DNA of 64,000 nucleotides. Source: a bacterium. Its GTDB lineage: Bacteria; Patescibacteriota; Saccharimonadia; Saccharimonadales; AWTP1-31. A model generated the notes under the pieces. It made no database searches. It had not been told where the DNA came from and saw only the letters and a list, made by a program, of their open reading frames with translations. Of this stretch, positions 37,532 through 45,233 are shown piece after piece; within the stretch, counting starts at the first letter, position 1, and every line of letters starts with the position of its first letter. The DNA is taken from the NCBI GenBank assembly GCA_030426125.1, contig JAUHZB010000003.1:3872-67871 (forward strand). Reading direction: 5' to 3'. A program made the translations under genes and the position numbers.

Positions 37532-38014
37532 ATGTACAGCACATCATCAACACCGAAACGCGCGCTTCTTGCCTGTCAATGGCAACAGACAAGGTATAGT
37601 GAAAGAGCTCCAGTTGCTGAATTATTACCAGGCCTTTACGAACGCGTTCACACCGCAGATCTGCACTATATTTTCGATGGCCCAAACCCCAAGTGGACAG
37701 ATAAAGTTCCTCCATTCCAGCACGAGCAAATCGACCAGGATAGCGAAGATACCTGTACATATATTGGCAACTTAGCCTGCCATGTTATGTGGCCCTTTGA
37801 GTACCGATCGGCAAGCCGTAGTGCTACGATTATCGTCGGTGTCGATTCTCCAAAAAAAGATTTCAGTTTAGTAAAAGTTGAGCCAAGCCGACTACAAGTT
37901 GCGGTGATGGATGTCGAGTTCATGTCAACAGCCGATCCTACATTCATTGAGATGCTTGCTAGGGGTGCTAGTGAATTGCCTCGCAGCGATGTATTTACAG
38001 ATAACAGCGGCTAG
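37532..38014 (+). CDS. Hypothetical protein (ORFan, 160 aa)
   Basis: ORF with a good SD (AAGGAG 10 nt upstream of the ATG). No family recognised. Confidence 0.45.
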   Translation: MYSTSSTPKRALLACQWQQTRYSERAPVAELLPGLYERVHTADLHYIFDGPNPKWTDKVPPFQHEQIDQDSEDTCTYIGNLACHVMWPFEYRSASRSATIIVGVDSPKKDFSLVKVEPSRLQVAVMDVEFMSTADPTFIEMLARGASELPRSDVFTDNSG

Positions 38015-38079
38015 CAAATATAGTCAAGGTCGCATGAACGCATAATAAATAACCTATCCCTTAATATTCACATAAAGTG

Positions 38080-39696
38080 CTAAGCTGAAAATATATCAGG
38101 CAACCCTATAATTTGTAACCCTTTTCGTATTACCTCTTCTTTTGCTTTAAACACCTCATCATTCCGACCACCTGCGTATGCTTCAACAACCTCTCTAGTC
38201 CATTCTTCTAACTCTGCAGTGGCTCTTTTTTCAGCCTGTTCGAAGGGTACTTGCTGAGTTCGAACCCTATCGTTGTCTTTACCAAATGATGTAATTTCCC
38301 GGTCCCATGCTTTAGCCGGACTATAGCCTCGGGACATCGTATCTAGCTGTCTTCGTGGATGTGAACCGAGAATAGACTTTTTACTTACTGCGATGGCTGG
38401 CTTATCGTCTGCTTCGAAATAATCCCTAATACACAACCCTATATTTCCATTTTCGAGAAAGCCATCGCCCCCAATATGACCACCGACTAAGCAATATTCT
38501 TTTAAATTTACCGCCATTCCGTCGTCACAAATCCCAACTCTATCATGGTGACTTGAGCTAACTTCAGGCATAAATCTATCTAATCTTAGTAATCTACCGA
38601 CAGCAGAGTTTCTGGGTATTTTCCCCTCAGCTAGATCGGTAGCCCATCTGAGTCTTGGAACGACTACCGGCGCAGTAGAATGCTCTTTAGTTTCAAGGAT
38701 GCCTTCTAGGAAGCTTGAACTTAGTGAAGTTGTATCAGCATCTAAATTTACGATTATCGGATTATTCTCTGCCGATCTTCTGAGGTGTGTATTAGCAATA
38801 TCCCGGAACAACGTTCGACGGACACTTCCAATAGAATTCCATGAGCCAAGAACTGCGCCTAAAGCCCTAATTCTAAAGCTCGGATTTTCTAGTAAGAAAT
38901 CGAATATTTCTTCCTCGAATTGGCTCACCTGACATTCAATTTGTTGTTGACATTCAATAAATTCCTTACTATTTGCCTCTAATGATGCTTCTTCTACTGA
39001 AAGTATTTTATTGCCCAAAACAACTATTTCGACTTTTTTAGGATCTATATCCTGGTCACTTAATGCCTGTAGAGTAGCTCTCATATTAACAGTGTCCTCA
39101 CCTAGTCTAACGGGAATAGCCACCACAATCTCAGGTGGTGGATAGTTAGATTGAACTGGGACTAATAGCTCAGAGTCAGTAATTACAGCCGCTTCTTCAG
39201 CATCTGATTCAATACAAATCTGTTTGTCGTAATCGAGCCACGATCGTATAACAGATGATACTTGAAGACTATCTAGATTATTCAAATTTAGTAGTTCATC
39301 ACTTATTAGCCTGCCTGACTGGTAATAGCCATCAATAATTTTACTTCTAGTAGCGACCATCATCGCAAATCCAACGCTATCTAATTTTTGTTCACCAGTG
39401 CTTCGAGGAGCATATTTTAAATCCCCTCTGATATTTATTGGATAATCATAAGGCACCGCCACCTGACGATCTCCACCTATATAGGTCCAGGCTTGTTCTG
39501 GCTCAAGTTCTACTAGCTCTTGCGGTAAATCTTCTTTTATTCCAGTGTGTCTTAACACGCTCTGAGTGTCCATACGTCGTACACTATCCAACATATACGC
39601 CGGAACCGGTTTGCTTCCGACGAACCTCTCAGTTGCTGCATTTAGCATGCGCTCCTGAACGATGCTCAGCTCAGGTGAGTGATCTCCTTCTTTCAT
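38080..39696 (-). CDS. GT-A fold (family-2-like) glycosyltransferase with ~190-aa N-terminal extension
   Basis: 538 aa. EIVVAIPVRLGEDTVNMRATLQALSDQ resembles the GT2 N-terminal strand and IIVNLDADT is a DxD motif. Extended -10 (TGgTATAAA, 39704-39712, minus strand) lies 7 nt upstream of the ATG. Confidence 0.5.
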   Translation of the reverse strand: MKEGDHSPELSIVQERMLNAATERFVGSKPVPAYMLDSVRRMDTQSVLRHTGIKEDLPQELVELEPEQAWTYIGGDRQVAVPYDYPINIRGDLKYAPRSTGEQKLDSVGFAMMVATRSKIIDGYYQSGRLISDELLNLNNLDSLQVSSVIRSWLDYDKQICIESDAEEAAVITDSELLVPVQSNYPPPEIVVAIPVRLGEDTVNMRATLQALSDQDIDPKKVEIVVLGNKILSVEEASLEANSKEFIECQQQIECQVSQFEEEIFDFLLENPSFRIRALGAVLGSWNSIGSVRRTLFRDIANTHLRRSAENNPIIVNLDADTTSLSSSFLEGILETKEHSTAPVVVPRLRWATDLAEGKIPRNSAVGRLLRLDRFMPEVSSSHHDRVGICDDGMAVNLKEYCLVGGHIGGDGFLENGNIGLCIRDYFEADDKPAIAVSKKSILGSHPRRQLDTMSRGYSPAKAWDREITSFGKDNDRVRTQQVPFEQAEKRATAELEEWTREVVEAYAGGRNDEVFKAKEEVIRKGLQIIGLPDIFSA

Positions 39697-39815
39697 TCAC
39701 TATTTTATACCACTTTTTTGATTGAATAACAATTGCGTTACTATACTATTGCACATTCGATTGGATTTTTTGCTCCGTCCAACCGAATAAACACCTCAGA
39801 TGATAAGATTAGTAT

Positions 39816-41006
39816 ATGGACCACCCTTCTTCTACAAGCAACAAACCTCTAGCCGATCAACTGCGCCCCAGCAATCTATCTGAAGTAGTAGGTCAAGAAC
39901 ATGTATTAGGCGAAGGTAAGTTCCTGCGTAGCATTATTACTAATAATCAGCCGACTAGCATGATTCTGTGGGGACCACCGGGAACTGGCAAAACAACACT
40001 TGCTAGGATCATGGGTGATGCTTGGGAAGCCGATTTCATCGAAATTTCAGCGGTTGTTAGCGGACTAAGCGATGTCCGACAAGTAATTAAACACGCCGAA
40101 CAGAACCGGCGACTCGGCCAACGCACTCTATTATTCGTTGATGAGATACATCGTTTTAATAAAGCACAGCAGGATGCCTTTTTGCCTCATGTCGAAAATG
40201 GAACAATAATCCTAATCGGTGCCACTACCGAAAACCCAAGTTTTGAGGTAATTAATGCCTTGCTTAGTAGAACCAAAGTAGTAGTACTAGAACAACTAAC
40301 TAAGGATCACTTAACCAAGCTGATCAAAAAGGGTGCCAAGCATCTAAACAAGAAAATTAACCCCAAAGCGGTTGATTTACTAGCCGAACTATCTAGTGGC
40401 GATGGCAGAACAGCCCTCAGTACACTAGAAACTGCTACTGGACTAAGTAAAACAAGTATCACTCTAGAAAATATTAAAGACGCTATTCAAAAACGAGTTC
40501 CAGCTTATGATAAAAACGGCGATGAACACTATAGCGTCATAAGTGCTTTTATTAAAAGCATGCGCGGTAGCAGTCAAGAAGCTGCCCTGTACTATTTATA
40601 CCGCATGATAAATGCCGGTGAAGATCCCAAATTTATTGCAAGGAGAATAATAGTTTTTGCTAGTGAAGATATTGGCATGAGTAGTCCGCATGCCCTTACT
40701 CTAGCTATATCGGTATTCCAAGCTGTAGAAAGGGTTGGCTTGCCAGAAGCCGAGTATGCCCTGGCCCATGGGGTTGTAGCTATGTGTAGCGCTAAGAAAT
40801 CTCGTGAAGTCACTAATTCTATGAGTAAGGCTAAAGATCTAGCATCCCGCTACCCTAACTCACCGGTGCCAACCAACCTTCGAAACGCGCCGACAAAACT
40901 AATGAAAGATCTTGGCTACAACAAAGGCTATAAATGGAAAGCTGGCTTTCAGGTAAAAAATGGATTCTTACCAGAAGATGTAGCAGACCAGACAACAAAC
41001 AAATAG
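39816..41006 (+). CDS. rarA: Replication-associated recombination protein A (AAA+ ATPase)
   Basis: 396 aa. LRPSNLSEVVGQEHV, Walker A GPPGTGKTT, Walker B LFVDEIHRFNK, C-terminal MgsA domain (HYSVISAFIKSMRGS). Confidence 0.92.
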   Translation: MDHPSSTSNKPLADQLRPSNLSEVVGQEHVLGEGKFLRSIITNNQPTSMILWGPPGTGKTTLARIMGDAWEADFIEISAVVSGLSDVRQVIKHAEQNRRLGQRTLLFVDEIHRFNKAQQDAFLPHVENGTIILIGATTENPSFEVINALLSRTKVVVLEQLTKDHLTKLIKKGAKHLNKKINPKAVDLLAELSSGDGRTALSTLETATGLSKTSITLENIKDAIQKRVPAYDKNGDEHYSVISAFIKSMRGSSQEAALYYLYRMINAGEDPKFIARRIIVFASEDIGMSSPHALTLAISVFQAVERVGLPEAEYALAHGVVAMCSAKKSREVTNSMSKAKDLASRYPNSPVPTNLRNAPTKLMKDLGYNKGYKWKAGFQVKNGFLPEDVADQTTNK

Positions 41007-41031
41007 ACTGTCTCTCGCAAAAGACAGTCTA
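41004..41031. terminator. Bidirectional hairpin between convergent rarA and the fasciclin gene
   Basis: TAGACTGTCT-ctcgcaaa-AGACAGTCTA, a perfect 10-bp stem overlapping the rarA stop codon. Confidence 0.55.
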
Positions 41032-41076
41032 TGTTGTTAGTTCTTTTTCGGCTATAGCTGCATATAGCTGATGACC

Positions 41077-41661
41077 CTAGTTAGGAAGCAGTACAGCGTC
41101 GATAATATGTACTACACCATTACTAGCTTGAACATCAGCAGTTACTACTTTAGCGTCATTAATACTAACTACGCCGTCGGTAATGTCTACTGTTAGTTCA
41201 TCTCCCTGAACAGTTTTTATCTTCTGTCCATCACTAAGATATGAAGATAAAGCAACCGAAGGAACTACGTGGAAGGTTAGGATATTCGCTAAATCACTTT
41301 GATTCTCTGGCTTTAATAAATCCTCTAGCGTACCTTCTGGTAACGCCTCAAAAGCAGCGTTGGTTGGTGCAAATACTGTGTATTCTGCATTTTTATCACT
41401 TAGCGTGTCTACTAGCTCTGCAGCTACCACTGCATCAACAAGAGTAGATAAGTCAGGCGAGGCTTGAGCAAGCTCAACTATATTTGAACTAGCTTGTTCT
41501 TCCGACTGATTATCCTCTGAACTTTGTGAGGTACTTGTACTATTATTGCTACTGGTATCATCATTGCTATTATTAAAAGCAACCAGCCCGATAATAGCTG
41601 CGATTACTAGCACCGCTACTCCACCGATCACCATACCTGTTTTTTTAGTATCTTCTTGCAT
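41077..41661 (-). CDS. Fasciclin (FAS1) domain protein, membrane-anchored
   Basis: 194 aa. N-terminal TM, Ser/Asn-rich linker, FAS1 motifs YTVFAPTNAAFEALP and NGVVHIIDAVLLP. Strong SD AAGGAGG. Confidence 0.85.
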   Translation of the reverse strand: MQEDTKKTGMVIGGVAVLVIAAIIGLVAFNNSNDDTSSNNSTSTSQSSEDNQSEEQASSNIVELAQASPDLSTLVDAVVAAELVDTLSDKNAEYTVFAPTNAAFEALPEGTLEDLLKPENQSDLANILTFHVVPSVALSSYLSDGQKIKTVQGDELTVDITDGVVSINDAKVVTADVQASNGVVHIIDAVLLPN

Positions 41662-41720
41662 TACTTAGTCCTCCTTTAGAACTTATATTAATAATGTGAT
41701 TTAAGTGTAGAAGGAGTGAT

Positions 41721-41763
41721 GTATAGTCGGCGTATTGTCAGTGTTAAGTTAACGTATAGTCAG
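41721..41763 (+). promoter_or_regulatory. Three phased direct repeats GTAT(A/T)GTC(A/G)G (candidate response-regulator site)
   Basis: GTATAGTCGG at 41721, GTATTGTCAG at 41732 and GTATAGTCAG at 41754. Spacings are 11 and 22 bp. Located between the HK stop and the fasciclin start. Confidence 0.45.
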
Positions 41764-41798
41764 CAACATAACACCTATATATTGCACTTACTGATAGC

Positions 41799-42848
41799 TT
41801 ATTTAAACTCTATCTGTACGCTAGTGCCCTTACCTAACTTACTGTTAATAGTAAGTTTAGCGCCGTAGCGTTCTGCTACTTTTTTGACTATCGAAAGACC
41901 CAAACCAGTTCCTTCATAAGAATTTACGTTCTTGGCCCTAAAGAATCTTTCGGTAATCTTATCTAATTGATCCTCAGGAATACCAACTCCACGATCGGCA
42001 ACCGAAAGAATGACTTTAGACTTACTCCTGTTAAGCTGAACTGTAATGGTCTTGGAACTCTTTTTACTGTATTTAATAGCGTTCTCTATTATATTCTTTG
42101 TCAATTTTACAAAATCTTTAGTATTAATTATTAAATAGATATTTGGCTCAATCTCAGTTTTAAATCGGATGTTCTTTTCAGTCGCCTGGGTCTGCATATC
42201 TTCAATAACGTCTAATAACAACTCGGATACATTTATCTTGCTTAGCTTATCTTCGACTACATAACGCTCTAAATAGATTAAATCTTCATTTATATTGACT
42301 AGTCTTTTGACTTGTCTTTTCAAACTAACTATTAAATTTTTGTACTTATTGGCCGTAATACTTTTTTCCTGTTCGGCATTATCTAGAACCGCCTGCATGG
42401 TAGCTAGCGGGTTTCTGAGCTCATGGCCGGCGTCCTGGATAAACCTGTCTTGACTAGCCTGGGCTTCTTCAACAGGAGATAATAGCTTCTTAGATAATAG
42501 ATAGCCTATTAAGCCGGATATAGCAATAACTGGTAATGTTAGGTATACAATCAAGCGGCCAAGTTCGCGTTGTTGGTTCTGCTGAACTAAGCTTGAAATT
42601 TTCAAAAAATGAGCTTCATTTTGATGCTCAGACTGTAGGTACTCTACTAACTCTGGGTTATCCGCCACCAATTGCTGAAGTTCGCTAGAATTAACATCTG
42701 AGGAATATTTTATAGTATTTGATTCATACAGCATTAACCCCAAAGCCAGTATAGATGCAGTAGTTAACATCACTATTGAAACAGTGAATAGTCGTTTTAT
42801 ACTGCTATATCCACTGTAATTAAATGGCTTGTTGTTTACATTAGTCAT
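41799..42848 (-). CDS. Sensor histidine kinase
   Basis: 349 aa. Two TM segments, H-box GHELRNPLATM, N box NIIENAIKYS, G2 GTGLGLSIV. Confidence 0.9.
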   Translation of the reverse strand: MTNVNNKPFNYSGYSSIKRLFTVSIVMLTTASILALGLMLYESNTIKYSSDVNSSELQQLVADNPELVEYLQSEHQNEAHFLKISSLVQQNQQRELGRLIVYLTLPVIAISGLIGYLLSKKLLSPVEEAQASQDRFIQDAGHELRNPLATMQAVLDNAEQEKSITANKYKNLIVSLKRQVKRLVNINEDLIYLERYVVEDKLSKINVSELLLDVIEDMQTQATEKNIRFKTEIEPNIYLIINTKDFVKLTKNIIENAIKYSKKSSKTITVQLNRSKSKVILSVADRGVGIPEDQLDKITERFFRAKNVNSYEGTGLGLSIVKKVAERYGAKLTINSKLGKGTSVQIEFK

Positions 42849-43506
42849 TTAGTATATATCCTGTTCCGGGAATAGTTTTTATTAATGTAAAGTGATTATC
42901 TCCAATCTTTTTCCGTAAATGTGCGATGTGCACCCGAATTGGTGGATCAACTAAATCACTTTGCTCACCCCATGCATATTCTATGGCATCATCTATTTTC
43001 ACCAATACTCCGGCGTTACGCATCAAAATATGGATCAGCCTAAATTCCAGCTGAGTCAATTCAACTTCTTTGCTGTCTACCCAGAATTTCATTGAACGAG
43101 GATCGATCTTTAGTTTTGCAGTCTGGATGATCTCCTGATCACTATAGTTATTTTTTAGCTGTGCCCGTACTCTAGCTAACACTTCCTCTAGATTGAATGG
43201 TTTAGCCACATAATCACTAAACCCGATATTAAAGCCTTTCAGTTTATCGTCCAGACTATCTCTAGCAGTCAGTGCTATTAATGGCATATCATCATAGCTA
43301 CCGCGGATATATTCAGCCATATCAAAGCCACTTTTACCAGGTAGGTTTATATCAATTAGAGCTATGTCGAAGTGGTTTTCATCAACAGCATCAATGCCGT
43401 CCTCAGTCGAAGCAACATCAACCACCTTAAAGCCCTCCCTCAAAAAGAAAGCTTTAACTGCTTTACGCATATCTTGATTATCTTCGACAACTAGTATACT
43501 GGCCAT
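42841..43506 (-). CDS. OmpR/PhoB-family response regulator
   Basis: 221 aa. Receiver ILVVEDN...DIALIDINLPGKSG, winged-helix C-terminus LTQLEFRLIHILMRNAG...IKTIPGTGY. Confidence 0.92.
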   Translation of the reverse strand: MASILVVEDNQDMRKAVKAFFLREGFKVVDVASTEDGIDAVDENHFDIALIDINLPGKSGFDMAEYIRGSYDDMPLIALTARDSLDDKLKGFNIGFSDYVAKPFNLEEVLARVRAQLKNNYSDQEIIQTAKLKIDPRSMKFWVDSKEVELTQLEFRLIHILMRNAGVLVKIDDAIEYAWGEQSDLVDPPIRVHIAHLRKKIGDNHFTLIKTIPGTGYILND

Positions 43507-43528
43507 GAATTAATTGTAGCAAAGGGGC

Positions 43529-43549
43529 GTATAGATAGTGTATACAGGC
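43529..43549 (+). promoter_or_regulatory. Two direct repeats GTATAG/GTATAC spaced 11 bp, upstream of the response-regulator gene
   Basis: GTATAGATAG at 43529 and GTATACAGGC at 43540. Same half-site and same orientation as the 41721-41763 repeats. Confidence 0.35.
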
Positions 43550-43584
43550 CACAATACCAAAAGCGTAACTTTGAGGCTATATCT

Positions 43585-44415
43585 TTATTTTTGTACCAAC
43601 AAATAATAGGCTTCCGCTCCAACTGGGTTGTTTGGTCGAGGAAATAATATATAGCCATCTTGGTCAGCTGTATATTCCTTGCCGGCTTCCTGGCATATCA
43701 GCTCACCCTTAGTTAGGCTATCGAAACTGGAGTAGTCTTTCATAAACTTTATGTCCAAATTTTTAACTATTTTTGTGCTCGATAGCTCCAGTATTTTAAT
43801 GTCTTTTAATTTCCCTTGTGGCTTTATGCCAGCTTTCTTATTTGTAAGTTGGAAGTAATCTAAGAAAGCATCAACACCCGCCCTAATAACATCCTTGTAC
43901 TGCTCAGGCCTGTCAACACTCCCAGTTTCAAAGCATATTCCTATCTTCCCGTTCTGCTCCATATAGTCATCAGAGCCACCACTACTTAATTCAGGTGGAA
44001 AATTTACTACATAGCTAGTGGGCATGACTCTAGCTAGTTGGTTACTGTTTGGCGGACAAATTACAAAAGGTCTGTCCATAGATTCGTTGTACATATGTAA
44101 ATCTAATAAACCATGGCACTGTCCCAACACCCCTTCTATCTTTCTAGCAATCCTATCTTCTGGATATTCGTCCTTAGCCTTTCCAAATCGACGGTTTAAG
44201 TTGACGTTAACAAATCTGGTGTTTAATTTTGCTGCTGTTGGGTTAGCGAATATTAAGTAGACTGTTCCTGAAGATATCTGCAAACTCTTTAACCATTCCC
44301 ATTGTTGTTGAGGACCCTTTTCATTTCCATGCACACCCACCATTATGGCTACCGTTGGTCCAGGTTTATTTCCTTGAAGCTTTTCTATAATTGGATCTTC
44401 TAATTGTTTGTACAT
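43585..44415 (-). CDS. Succinylglutamate desuccinylase/aspartoacylase-family zinc hydrolase
   Basis: 276 aa. VAIMVGVHGNEKGP (the family HxxE zinc motif). Confidence 0.55.
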   Translation of the reverse strand: MYKQLEDPIIEKLQGNKPGPTVAIMVGVHGNEKGPQQQWEWLKSLQISSGTVYLIFANPTAAKLNTRFVNVNLNRRFGKAKDEYPEDRIARKIEGVLGQCHGLLDLHMYNESMDRPFVICPPNSNQLARVMPTSYVVNFPPELSSGGSDDYMEQNGKIGICFETGSVDRPEQYKDVIRAGVDAFLDYFQLTNKKAGIKPQGKLKDIKILELSSTKIVKNLDIKFMKDYSSFDSLTKGELICQEAGKEYTADQDGYILFPRPNNPVGAEAYYLLVQK

Positions 44416-44470
44416 CGATATATCTATACTAACACTAGCTATTTGCTAATACTTCACCAACAATATTAAG

Positions 44471-44779
44471 CTAACTTACTTTTTTATCTATTAGCACCTC
44501 TTTTTGCCAACGGCTAGGCTTTTTATCTGTCCGGTGAATACAGCCCACCCAACAACAAGGTCTTCTTTGACCTTCGTTTAGTTCTTCTACGGTTCTCTGG
44601 ATTCTTCGAGTTCTAGTTTTATCTTGCTTGGCACTAACTACCCAACAAATGAATTCATTACGGGCAATCGGGGTGATGCTTCTCCAAGCAGAGAGCGCTT
44701 TACTATTCTTCCGAAGCTCTGTTTGTATATCTGTTGGAAGTTCGTGATATATGCCGGATGGGATATCTTTACTAGTCAT
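44471..44779 (-). CDS. YdeI/OmpD-associated family protein
   Basis: 102 aa. AWRSITPIARNEFICWVVSAKQDKTRTRRIQRTVEEL. Confidence 0.55.
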   Translation of the reverse strand: MTSKDIPSGIYHELPTDIQTELRKNSKALSAWRSITPIARNEFICWVVSAKQDKTRTRRIQRTVEELNEGQRRPCCWVGCIHRTDKKPSRWQKEVLIDKKVS

Positions 44780-44783
44780 GTAT

Positions 44784-45125
44784 TTACTTTAGCTCTTCTT
44801 TGCGCAGCTCAATAAGCGCCGCAATTATATCTTTACTAATTGGCTTAGCTTCGCTGAAACGAATCAGCCCTTTTGAGTAGCTATAGTCACCAAGATCTGG
44901 TTGTAAAGCGGATATTACTTTAGGACTAAATGGATAAACGGTCATATGTTCTTTAGCAATAGAGAAACCAATTAATGGTCTTCCGTCTAACTTTAAGGCT
45001 GGCAATCCATAGCTAAGCCCCTCCTCAGCTCTAGGCTCTTGCGTTTTTGCGTATTCCCATAAATCCTCTATAACTGTTATCCTCTTGGTTGGCTCATCTG
45101 GGTAGTACTTACTAATAAAGCTCAT
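44784..45125 (-). CDS. DUF1801 (YdhG-like) domain protein
   Basis: 113 aa. EGLSYGLPALKLDGRPLIGFSIAKEHMTVYPFS. Confidence 0.5.
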   Translation of the reverse strand: MSFISKYYPDEPTKRITVIEDLWEYAKTQEPRAEEGLSYGLPALKLDGRPLIGFSIAKEHMTVYPFSPKVISALQPDLGDYSYSKGLIRFSEAKPISKDIIAALIELRKEELK

Positions 45126-45233
45126 ATCTTAGATTATATACCCTTTATCTCGTTGTTTGGCTATTAGTTTGGTTTTTCTATATACTGGTATTGAATATTT
45201 TAGTAATAGTTTAAAGAGAATAGTCATCATAGA

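Noticed and set aside
29997-39815. Search for a direct repeat of the tRNA-Gln 3' end (att site), an integrase or a transposase bounding the island
   Set aside because: Reading by eye, I found no copy of TTCGAGTCCCTCATCCCCAGCCA longer than 7 nt (only ATCCCCA near 32186, which is expected by chance) and no recombinase-like ORF. Mobility of the island is therefore not supported. A computational repeat search is still needed.
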